A stretch of DNA of 8,511 nucleotides from a virus (IMGVR_UViG_2681813271_000013), one strand, 5' to 3'. Positions 1 to 8,443 are shown, numbered from the stretch's first letter. Program-made: numbers and translations. Notes: a model not told the origin generated them from the letters alone.

Positions 1-2
1 AG

Positions 3-875
3 ATACAGAAGGTTCAGGTTGATACAAATAATAACCTGAACAGCATGTGGGCTGTGAAGCTGCAGCAGATGCAGGACGGACGCCTTTATATCGCGGGTAT
101 TGGTGCCGGTATTGAGAACACCCCTGACGGCATGCAGAGTCAGGTGCTGCTGGCGGCGGACAGGATTGCGATGGTTAATCCTGCGAATGGCAACACAAAA
201 CCGATGTTTGTTGGTCAGGGCGATCAGATATTCATGAACGACGTGTTCCTGAAACGCCTGACGGCCCCCACCATTACCAGCGGTGGAAATCCATCGGCAT
301 TTTCCCTGACTCCGGACGGAAAGCTGACCGCTAAAAATGCGGATATCAGTGGCAGTGTGAATGCGAACGCCGGGACGCTCAACAATGTCACGGTAAATGA
401 AAACTGTACGATTAAGGGCATGCTGGAGGCGACTCAGGTCAGAGGTGACTTCGTTAAAGCTGTATCCAAATCATTTCCGAAACAGGCTGGTACGTGGGGT
501 AACACGGAAACACCAAACGGGACGGTTACAGTCACCATAAGCGATGATCATAACTTTGACCGCCAGATTATTATTCCGCCCATTATTTTTAACGGTATAG
601 CGTATGACGATCCGGGGAGCGGAAATAACCCAGGAGGCACGCGATACACGGGTTATGGTTTTGAAGTTCGCAAAAACGGCGTATTAATCGCATCCAGAGA
701 AACTAAAGGTGCCATTCCCGGTAGTTACAGTGCAGTTATTGATATGCCTAGTGGTGGTGGTAGCGTCACTCTGGAGTTTAAGATTTTCCAGAAAGGCAAT
801 CAGGGGGCAGGCAATATCACCGACTGTACGGTGATTGTGACCAAAAAAGCGGCTTCCGGCATCAGTATTCGTTGA
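3..875 (+). CDS. J: Tail tip host-specificity protein J, C-terminal part (5' partial, continues upstream of window)
   Basis: Frame 3 is open from the first base of the window (IQKVQVDTNNNLNSMWAVKLQQMQDGRLYIAGIGAGIENTPDG...) to TGA at 873-875. The protein resembles the C-terminal region of lambda J as I remember it, and sits directly upstream of lom as in lambda. No search run. Confidence 0.75.
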   Translation: MQKVQVDTNNNLNSMWAVKLQQMQDGRLYIAGIGAGIENTPDGMQSQVLLAADRIAMVNPANGNTKPMFVGQGDQIFMNDVFLKRLTAPTITSGGNPSAFSLTPDGKLTAKNADISGSVNANAGTLNNVTVNENCTIKGMLEATQVRGDFVKAVSKSFPKQAGTWGNTETPNGTVTVTISDDHNFDRQIIIPPIIFNGIAYDDPGSGNNPGGTRYTGYGFEVRKNGVLIASRETKGAIPGSYSAVIDMPSGGGSVTLEFKIFQKGNQGAGNITDCTVIVTKKAASGISIR

Positions 876-897
876 AATATTTATAACCCCAATAAAT

Positions 898-922
898 GGC
901 GTCAGGAATGACGCCTTTTTTA
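898..922 (+). terminator. Rho-independent terminator after J
   Basis: Hairpin ggcgtca-ggaa-tgacgcc (898-915) followed by a T-run (916-922), 23 nt upstream of the lom ATG. GAGAGG at 935-940 is a plausible RBS for lom. Confidence 0.6.
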
Positions 923-945
923 TTGCAGAAAAGCGAGAGGTAATT

Positions 946-1686
946 ATGCGTAAAGTTTGTGCAGCCATTTTGTCCGCAGCCATTTGCCTGGCCGTATCCG
1001 GTGCGCCTGCATGGGCGTCTGAACATCAGTCCACGCTGAGCGCGGGGTATCTTCATGCCCGGACCAACGTTCCCGGCAGTGATGATCTGAACGGGATTAA
1101 CGTGAAATACCGTTATGAGTTTACGGACGCGCTGGGGCTGATTACGTCCTTCAGTTATGCCAATGCTGAGGATGAGCAAAAAACGCACTACAGCGATACC
1201 CGCTGGCATGAAGATTCCGTGCGTAACCGCTGGTTCAGCGTGATGGCGGGGCCGTCTGTACGCGTGAATGAATGGTTCAGCGCGTATGCGATGGTGGGTG
1301 TGGCTTACAGCCGTGTGTCGACTTTCTCCGGGGATTATCTCCGCGTAACTGACAACAAGGGGAAAACGCACGATGTGCTGACCGGAAGTGATGACGGTCG
1401 CCACAGCAACACGTCTCTGGCGCACTGACGGTTNNNNNNNNNNNNNNNNNNNNNNNNNNNNNNNNNNNNNNNNNNNNNNNNNNNNNNNNNNNNNNNNNNN
1501 NNNNNNNNNNNCGATGTGCTGACCGGAAGTGATGACGGTCGCCACAGCAACACGTCTCTGGCGTGGGGGGCTGGCGTGCAGTTTAACCCGACCGAATCCG
1601 TGACCATTGACCTTGCTTATGAAGGTTCCGGTAGTGGTGACTGGCGAACGGATGCATTTATTGTTGGTATCGGATACCGTATCTGA
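946..1686 (+). CDS. lom: Lom outer-membrane protein (Ail/Lom/OmpX family beta-barrel), interrupted by an N-gap
   Basis: ATG at 946 with upstream RBS. N-terminus MRKVCAAILSAAICLAVSGAPAWA is a typical signal peptide ending AWA. The frame is the same before and after the gap and ends ...DAFIVGIGYRI then TGA at 1684-1686. As assembled, the pre-gap flank carries an in-frame TGA at 1426-1428, so the track ORF stops at 1428. Without the duplicated flank the protein would be about 199 aa (lambda Lom is about 206 aa). Confidence 0.8.
1434..1511. other. Assembly gap (78 N) inside lom, flanked by a duplicated 52-bp sequence
   Basis: 1371-1422 and 1512-1563 are identical (cgatgtgctgaccggaagtgatgacggtcgccacagcaacacgtctctggcg). 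The bases after the left copy (cactgacggtt) match the second lom copy at 2886-2896, not the right flank. Confidence 0.9.
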
Positions 1687-1792
1687 CAACAGACGCCGAT
1701 TTATCTTCTGTAAATATTGTTATGATACGCAGGTTCATCCACCTTATGGGGTGAACTGCGTTTGAGGAAACGTAAAGTTACACTGTCCTGAA

Positions 1793-1823
1793 GCCCGTGG
1801 CGTCACTGCTGCGGGCTTTTTTT
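1793..1823 (+). terminator. Rho-independent terminator after lom
   Basis: GC-rich inverted repeat gcccg (1793-1797) ... cgggc (1812-1816) followed by a T-run at 1817-1823, immediately upstream of the ATG at 1838. Confidence 0.55.
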
Positions 1824-1837
1824 ATTGGTGGAAAAGT

Positions 1838-2445
1838 ATGACAGTAAAAATTTCTGGCGTGCTTAAAGATGGCACAGGAAAACCAGTACAGAACTGCACC
1901 ATTGTGCTGAAGGCCAGACGAACCAGCAGCACGATGGTGGTGAACACGGTGGCCTCTGAAAATCCGGATGAAGCCGGACGTTACAGCATGGATGTTGAGC
2001 ATGGTCAGTACAGCGTCACCCTGCTGGTTGAAGGTTTTCCGCCTTCACATGCCGGGACCATTACCGTCTATGAAGGTTCCAGACCAGGTACGCTGAATGA
2101 TTTTCTCGGTGCCATGACGGAGGATGATGTCCGACCGGAGGCACTGCGCCGCTTTGAGCAGATGGTGGAAGAGGTGTCACGTAACGCCTCCGCGGTTGCA
2201 CAGAATACGGCAGCCGCGAAAAAATCAGCCAGCGAGGCGGCAACTCATGCAACCGATGCTGCAGCCTCAGCACGTGCCGCCAGCACGTCAGCCGGACAGG
2301 CCGCGTCGTCGGCTCAGTCAGCGTCTTCCAGCGCAGGAACGGCATCGACAAAGGCCCGTGAAGCAGCAAAAAGTGCTGCTGCAGAGTCATCAAAAAGCGC
2401 GGCAGCTACCAGCGCCAGTGCCGCGAAAACGTCAGAAACGAATGC
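1838..2445 (+). CDS. stf: Side tail fibre protein, N-terminal fragment (allele 1); continues in frame into a lom-like sequence as one 353-aa ORF (1838-2899)
   Basis: [26 protein letters not shown]...[14 protein letters not shown]... is roughly 90% identical by eye to the start of the main stf at 2998 and resembles the lambda Stf N-terminus. A single N at 2446 marks the switch to lom-like sequence. Confidence 0.6.
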
Positions 2446-2446
2446 N

Positions 2447-2933
2447 GCAGCCATTTGCCTGGCCGTATCCGGTGCGCCTGCATGGGCGTCTGAACATCAG
2501 TCCACGCTGAGCGCGGGGTATCTTCATGCCCGGACCAACGTTCCCGGCAGTGATGATCTGAACGGGATTAACGTGAAATACCGTTATGAGTTTACGGATA
2601 CGCTGGGGCTGGTGACGTCATTCAGCTATGCAGGAGACAAGAATCGCCAGCTGACCCGTTACAGCGATACCCGCTGGCATGAAGATTCCGTGCGTAACCG
2701 CTGGTTCAGCGTGATGGCGGGGCCGTCTGTGCGCGTGAATGAATGGTTCAGCGCGTATGCGATGGCGGGTGTGGCTTACAGCCGTGTGTCGACTTTTTCC
2801 GGGGATTATATCCGCGTAACTGACAATAAGGGGAAAACGCACGATGTGCTGACCGGAAGTGATGACGGTCGCCACAGCAACACGTCTCTGGCGCACTGAC
2901 GGTTTCATCGTGGGTGTCGGTTATAAATTCTGA
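2447..2933 (+). pseudogene. lom: Second, divergent lom copy lacking its signal peptide and carrying a 3' deletion/frameshift
   Basis: 2447-2896 aligns with lom 976-1425 with scattered substitutions and one replaced patch. After ...SNTSLA the sequence reads cac tga, an in-frame stop at 2897-2899. The following bases encode a Lom C-terminus-like peptide (DGFIVGVGYKF then stop at 2931-2933) in another frame, consistent with an 83-nt deletion between two ctggcg direct repeats relative to copy 1. Confidence 0.65.
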
Positions 2934-2960
2934 TTAGCCAGGTAACACAGTGTTATGACA

Positions 2961-2986
2961 GCCCGCCGGTTCAGGCGGGCTTTTTT
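2961..2986 (+). terminator. Rho-independent terminator upstream of stf
   Basis: gcccgcc (2961-2967), loop ggttca, ggcgggc (2974-2980), then tttttt (2981-2986). Confidence 0.6.
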
Positions 2987-2997
2987 GTGGGGTGAAT

Positions 2998-5900
2998 ATG
3001 GCAGTAAAGATTTCAGGTGTACTGAAAGACGGCACAGGAAAACCGGTACAGAACTGCACAATCCAGCTGAAAGCAAAACGTAACAGCACCACGGTGGTGG
3101 TGAACACGCTGGCCTCAGAAAATCCGGATGAAGCCGGGCGTTACAGCATGGACGTTGAGTACGGTCAGTACAGCGTTATTCTGTTGGTGGAAGGATTCCC
3201 GCCGTCACATGCCGGGACCATCACCGTGTATGAAGATTCCCGACCCGGTACGCTGAATGATTTTCTCGGTGCCATGACGGAGGATGATGCCCGTCCGGAG
3301 GCACTGCGCCGTTTTGAGCTGATGGTGGAAGAGGTGGCGCGTAACGCGTCCGCGGTGGCACAGAACACGGCAGCCGCGAAGAAATCAGCCAGCGATGCCA
3401 GCACATCAGCCCGTGAGGCGGCAACCCATGCGACTGATGCTGCAGATTCAGCACGTGCAGCCAGCACGTCAGCCGGACAGGCCGCTTCGTCGGCTCAGTC
3501 AGCGTCTTCCAGCGCAGGAACGGCATCAACAAAGGCCACTGAAGCCTCAAAAAGTGCTGCCGCTGCAGAGTCCTCAAAAAGCGCGGCGGCTACCAGTGCC
3601 GGTGCGGCGAAAACGTTAGAAACGAATGCGGCAGCGTCACAACAATCAGCAGCCACTTCTGCATCCACCGCGACCACGAAAGCGTCAGAAGCTGCCACCT
3701 CAGCCCGGGATGCGTCGGCTTCAAAAGAGGCGGCAAAATCATCAGAAACGAACGCATCATCAAGCGCCAGTAGCGCAGCTTCCTCGGCGACGGCGGCTGC
3801 AAATTCTGCGAAGGCGGCCAAAACGTCCGAGACGAACGCCAGGTCTTCTGAAACGGCAGCGGGACAGAGTGCCTCAGCTGCGGCAGGCTNNNNNNNNNNN
3901 NNNNNNNNNNNNNNNNNNNNNNNNNNNNNNNNNNNNNNNNNNNNNNNNNNNNNNNNNNNNNNNNNNNNNNNNNNNNNNNNNNNNNNNNNNNNNNNNNNNN
4001 NNNNNNNNNNNNNNNNNNNNNNNNNNNNNNNNNNNNNNNNNNNNNNNNNNNNNNNNNNNNNNNNNNNNNNNNNNNNNNNNNNCAACCGATGCTGCAGCCT
4101 CAGCACGTGCCGCCAGCACGTCAGCCGGACAGGCCGCGTCGTCGGCTCAGTCAGCGTCTTCCAGCGCAGGAACGGCATCGACAAAGGCCCGTGAAGCAGC
4201 AAAAAGTGCTGCNNNNNNNNNNNNNNNNNNNNNNNNNNNNNNNNNNNNNNNNNNNNNNNNNNNNNNNNNNNNNNNNNNNNNNNNNNNNNNNNNNNNNNNN
4301 NNNNNNNNNNNNNNNNNNNNNNNNNNNNNNNNNNNNNNNNNNNNNNNNNNNNNNNNNNNNNNNNNNNNNNNNNNNNNNNNNNNNNNNNNNNNNNNNNNNN
4401 NNNNNNNNNNNNNNNNNNNNNNNNNNNNNNNNNNNNNNNNNNNNNNNNNNNNNNNNNNNNNNNNNNNNNNNNNNNNNNNNNNNNNNNNNNNNNNNNNNNN
4501 NNNNNNNNNNNNNNNNNNNNNNNNNNNNNNNNNNNNNNNNNNNNNNNNNNNNNNNNNNNNNNNNNNNNNNNNNNNNNNNNNNNNNNNNNNNNNNNNNNNN
4601 NNNNNNNNNNNNNNNNNNNNNNNNNNNNNNNNNNNNNNATGCCGCAGCATCACAAAAATCGGCAGAAAGCGCCGCATCATCCGCTTCAACAGCCACAACG
4701 AAGGCTGGCGAAGCCACTGAGCAGGCCACGGCAGCAGCGAGGTCTGCTTCTGCAGCAACGCGCGCTGAGACAGCGNTCAAAAACAGCGGCTGCATTATCT
4801 GCCAGTGCCGCGTCAACAAGTGCCGGGCAGGCCTCAGCCAGTGCCACCGCCGCCGGAAAATCGGCAGAAAGCGCCGCATCATCCGCTTCAACAGCCACAA
4901 CGAAGGCTGGCAAAGCCACTGAGCAAGCCACTGCAGCAGCGAGGTCTGCTTCTGCAGCAAAAACCTCTGAAACAAATGCAAAGACTTCAGCAGACAATGC
5001 TGCTTCCTCTAAGGCAGCAGCCGCATCGTCAGCCAGTTCAGCGGCGTCATCGGCATCATCTGCGTCTGCTTCAAAAGATGAGGCGACCAGACAAGCGTCA
5101 GCAGCGAAAGGTAGTGCCACGACAGCAACAACGAAAGCATCAGAGGCGGCAGGCAGTGCGACGGCTGCATCTCAGAGCAAAGTTGCTGCTGAATCCGCGG
5201 CAACGCGCGCCGAGACAGCAGCAAAACGGGCAGAGGATATTGCATCCGCCGTGGCGCTTGAGGATGCGAGCACGACGAAAAAGGGGATAGTACAGCTCAG
5301 CAGTGCGACCAACAGCACTTCCGAGTCACTGGCGGCAACGCCAAAAGCGGTTAAGGCGGTAATGGGTGAAACGAACAAGAAAGCGCCCTTAAATAGTCCT
5401 GCACTGACCGGAACGCCAACAACACCAACTGCGCGACAGGGAACGAATAATACCCAAATCGCAAGCACGGCTTTCGTTATGGCTGCGATTGCCGCCCTTG
5501 TAGATTCGTCACCTGATGCACTGAACACGCTGAACGAGCTGGCTGCGGCGCTGGGCAACGACCCGAATTTTGCGACCACCATGACTAACGCGCTTGCGGG
5601 TAAGCAACCGAAAGATGCCACTCTGACGGCGCTGGCGGGGCTTGCTACTGCGGCAGACAGGTTTCCGTATTTTACGGGGAATGATGTCGCCAGCNCGGAA
5701 AATCGGCAGAAAGCGCCGCATCATCCGCTTCAACAGCCACAACGAAGGCTGGCGAAGCCACTGAGCAGGCCACGGCAGCAGCGAGGTCAGCTTCCGCAGC
5801 GAAGACATCCGAAACGAACGCGAAAGCGTCGGAAACCCGTGCAGAATCCTCAAAAACGGCTGCCGCATCGTCCGCCAGTTCGGCGGCGTCATCGGCATCA

Positions 5901-7811
5901 TCGGCGTCTGCTTCAAAAGATGAGGCGACCAGACAGGCGTCAGCAGCGAAGGGCAGCGCCACGACGGCATCCACGAAGGCGACAGAGGCTGCTGGTAGTG
6001 CGACGGCAGCAGCTCAGAGCAAAAGTACGGCGGAATCTGCAGCAACGCGCGCTGAGACAGCGGCAAAACGGGCAGAGGATATTGCATCCGCCGTGGCGCT
6101 TGAGGATGCGAGCACGACGAAAAAGGGGATAGTACAGCTCAGTAGTGCGACTAACAGCACTTCCGAGTCACTGGCGGCAACACCAAAAGCCGTTAAGGCC
6201 GCGTATGACCTGGCTAACGGGAAATACACCGCACAGGATGCAACGACAGCACAGAAAGGGATAATCCAGCTAAGCAGCGCGACCAACAGCACGTCTGAAA
6301 CGCTGGCGGCAACGCCAAAGGCAGTAAAAGCAGCCAATGACAATGCTGAGAAACGTCTGCAGAAAGATCAGAACGGTGCGGATATCCCTGGCAAAGACAC
6401 CTTTACGAAAAATATTGGTGCCTGCCGTGCCTTCGGTGGGTCAGTAAGCACAACAACAGGAAACTGGACGACTGCACAGTTTATCGAGTGGCTGGATTCT
6501 CAGGGAGCATTTAACCATCCATACTGGATGTGCAAGGGTTCCTGGTCTTATGGCAATAATAAAATCATTACTGATACTGGCTGCGGTAATATTCATCTCG
6601 CCGGAGCTGTCATTGAAGTAATGGGGATAAAGTCAGCGATGACGATCCGCATTACCACTCCGACCACATCCAGCGGTGGCGGAACAACCAACGCCCAGTT
6701 TACCTATATTAATCACGGAACAGATTATTCACCTGGCTGGCGAAGGGACTATAACTCCAGAAATAAGCCAACGGCATCAGAGATCGGGGCGCTACCGTCA
6801 GGTGGAACAGCAGTATCATCAGTTAATCTGGCTTCAAAAGGTCGGGTAGCCGCGCTGACAGACAATACGCAGGGGGCAGCAGGTCTTGAGTTATACGAGG
6901 TGTATAACAACGGATATCCAACAGCGTATGGAAATATCATTCACCTGAAAGGGATGACAGCCGTTGGCGAAGGTGAGTTACTCATCGGCTGGAGTGGTAC
7001 AAGCGGTGCTCATGCTCCGGCATTTATTCGTTCACGACGGGATACGACCGACGCAAACTGGTCGCCGTGGGCGCAGCTTTACACCTCGGCTCATCCTCCT
7101 GCAGAGTTTTATCCAGTCGGTGCACCAATCCCGTGGCCATCAGATACCGTTCCGTCTGGTTATGCCCTGATGCAGGGGCAGACTTTTGACAAATCTGCTT
7201 ACCCGAAACTTGCAGCCGCTTATCCGTCAGGCGTGATCCCTGATATGCGTGGCTGGACGATTAAGGGCAAGCCCGCCAGTGGTCGTGCCGTATTGTCTCA
7301 GGAACAGGATGGCATTAAATCGCACACCCACAGCGCCAGCGCATCCAGTACGGATTTGGGGACGAAAACCACATCGTCGTTTGATTACGGCACTAAATCC
7401 ACGAATAACACCGGGGCGCATACGCACAGTCTGAGCGGCTCTACAAGTTCAGCTGGGGCCCACCAACATAGTCAGACTGGGCCCAGAACGAATAGCGGGA
7501 GTCAACCTACTGGAATGTTTCCGGCAGGGAGTACTCAAGTTAGCGGGACTAATCAGGTTGGTATCAGTGGCTCATTAACCAGTGGCACCTCCCAATGGGT
7601 AGGTAAATCATCTTCAGAAGGAAACCATACACACTCACTGTCCGGCACAGCAGCATCTGCGGGTGCACACGCGCATACTGTCGGTATTGGTGCTCATACG
7701 CACTCTGTTGCGATTGGTTCACATGGACACACCATCACCGTTAACGCTGCTGGTAACGCGGAAAACACCGTCAAAAACATCGCATTTAACTATATTGTGA
7801 GGCTCGCATAA
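2998..7811 (+). CDS. stf: Side tail fibre protein Stf (lambda Stf / StfR-like; T4 gp37-related tip), gapped and with frame discontinuities
   Basis: ATG at 2998 gives [26 protein letters not shown]... (the track starts at GTG 2992). A long Ala/Ser/Thr-rich repetitive shaft follows. The C-terminal part (frame 3, about 5697-7808) contains [24 protein letters not shown] fibre repeats, the [16 protein letters not shown]...[30 protein letters not shown] tip, and ends ...[18 protein letters not shown] with TAA at 7809-7811. The reading frame changes at N-run 3890-4082, N-run 4213-4638, and single N's at 4776 and 5695, so true length and repeat number are unknown. Confidence 0.75.
3890..4082. other. 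Assembly gap (193 N) in the stf repeat region
   Basis: Run of N; the sequence after it (4083-4212) matches allele 1 rather than the preceding allele 2. Confidence 0.9.
4083..4212 (+). repeat. 130-bp island identical to stf allele 1 (2250-2379), isolated between two gaps
   Basis: Exact match by eye to 2250-2379 (caaccgatgctgcagcctcagcacgtgccgcc...aaaaagtgctgc). It differs from the corresponding allele-2 stretch at about 3422-3550. Confidence 0.85.
4213..4638. other. Assembly gap (426 N) in the stf repeat region
   Basis: Run of N. Confidence 0.9.
4854..6132 (+). repeat. Two copies of a ~435-bp stf shaft repeat unit (4854-5290 and 5696-6132), roughly 90% identical
   Basis: Both begin ccggaaaatcggcagaaagcgccgcatcatccgcttcaacagcc and end ...gaggatgcgagcacgacgaaaaaggggatagtacagctc. 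They encode (A)[19 protein letters not shown]...[33 protein letters not shown] partial, collapsed version is at 4648-4775. Confidence 0.8.
5275..6334 (+). repeat. Three phage tail-fibre repeat motifs GI(V/I)[11 protein letters not shown](S/T)[10 protein letters not shown] (about 5275-5362, 6119-6202, 6251-6334)
   Basis: Direct reading of the translated stf frames. The motif looks like the short fibre repeat found in lambda Stf and T4 gp37-type fibres; I recall it as Pfam Phage_fiber_2, unverified. Confidence 0.7.
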
Positions 7812-8327
7812 TGGCATTCAGAATGAGTGAACAAGCACGGACCATAAAAATTTATAACCTGCTGGCCGGAACTAATGAATTTATTGGTGAAGGTGACGCA
7901 TATATTCCGCCTCATACAGGTCTGCCTGCAAACATCGTGGCATCTCGTTGAAGATCATCGGGGTAAAACGGTTTATGACGTGGCTTCCGGCGACGCGTTA
8001 TTTATTTCTGAACTCGGCTCATTACCGGAAAATGTCACCTGGTTATCCCCGGAAGGGGAGTTTCAGAAGTGGAACGGCACAGCCTGGGTGAAGGATACGG
8101 AAGCAGAAAAACTGTTCCGGATCCGGGAGGCGGAAGAAACAAAAAACAGCCTGATGCAGGTAGCCAGTGAGCATATAGCGCCGCTTCAGGATGCTGTGGA
8201 TCTGGAGATCGCAACGGAGAAAGAAACCTTGTTGCTGGAAGCCTGGAAAAAGTATCGGGTGTTGCTGAACCGTGTTGATACATCAACTGCACCGGATATT
8301 GAATGGCCAGTAGCACCTATAGGGTAA
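7811..8327 (+). pseudogene. tfa: Tail fibre assembly protein Tfa, disrupted by an internal deletion/frameshift
   Basis: ATG at 7811 overlaps the stf stop (TAATG). Frame 2 gives [41 protein letters not shown] then IVASR and stop at 7949-7951. The conserved continuation [28 protein letters not shown]...[16 protein letters not shown] runs in frame 3 from about 7935 to TAA at 8325-8327. The track ORF 7875-8327 is this C-terminal part with a spurious start. Confidence 0.75.
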
Positions 8328-8410
8328 ATTCGTAATGATTACCTAAATACGTTATTCTTTTGTTAAAAAAGTGATTTTGCTATAGGTAGGGAGTATGTTC
8401 TTGGATTAAG

Positions 8411-8443
8411 AATAAAAAATCGCCATGAAAGAGCTTCATGGCG
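8411..8443 (-). terminator. Intrinsic terminator oriented for minus-strand transcription
   Basis: Perfect 9-bp inverted repeat cgccatgaa (8421-8429) / ttcatggcg (8435-8443) with loop agagc. On the minus strand the stem is followed by ATTTTTTATT (complement of 8411-8420). On the + strand the downstream sequence is not T-rich. Confidence 0.5.

Noticed and set aside
862-1689. 275-aa minus-strand ORF, and the smaller ones at 224-421 and 684-983
   Set aside because: Antisense to lom and to the J 3' end. They span the N-gap, have no RBS and resemble nothing I recognise. The sense-strand genes explain the region.
2061-2908. Minus-strand ORFs 2061-2393 and 2618-2908
   Set aside because: Antisense to the stf N-terminal fragment and the second lom copy respectively; same reasoning.
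1434-4638. N-runs (1434-1511, 3890-4082, 4213-4638) as biological features or masked elements
   Set aside because: They are flanked by duplicated or allele-switching sequence inside repeats, which is the signature of scaffold gaps, not insertions such as IS elements.
2124-5290. Plus-strand Arg/Pro/Gln-rich ORFs (2124-2510, 3395-3619, 3626-4720 N-terminal part, 4089-4922 N-terminal part, the first 45 codons of 4639-6132, 4805-5290)
   Set aside because: They are off-frame readings of the same stf repeats, with a highly basic low-complexity composition, overlapping the true stf frame.
3350-6130. CRISPR array or collagen-like protein in the repetitive region
   Set aside because: The repeats are degenerate, coding, about 435 bp long and lack short constant repeats with unique spacers. 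The protein repeats are Ala/Ser/Thr-rich without a Gly-X-Y periodicity.
3165-6343. Minus-strand ORFs through the stf repeat region (3165-3467, 3221-3577, 3495-4202, 3590-3802, 3874-4119, 4147-4758, 4151-4981, 4686-5120, 5009-5245, 5172-5621, 5509-6087, 5672-5974, 6014-6343)
   Set aside because: They are antisense readings of GC-rich, low-complexity Ala/Ser codon repeats, which stay open in several frames. Many are padded with X from N-runs. None has a recognisable start context or product, and the sense strand carries a clearly recognisable tail-fibre protein.
6749-7434. Small ORFs inside the stf 3' region (6749-6940 minus, 6964-7170 plus, 7227-7427 minus, 7249-7434 plus)
   Set aside because: Off-frame or antisense inside a well-supported stf frame.
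7875-8327. ORF 7875-8327 as an independent 150-aa gene starting MNLLVKV
   Set aside because: Its first 20 or so codons are the out-of-frame reading of the tfa N-terminus. From [11 protein letters not shown] onward it is the Tfa C-terminal part, so it is a fragment of the frameshifted tfa.
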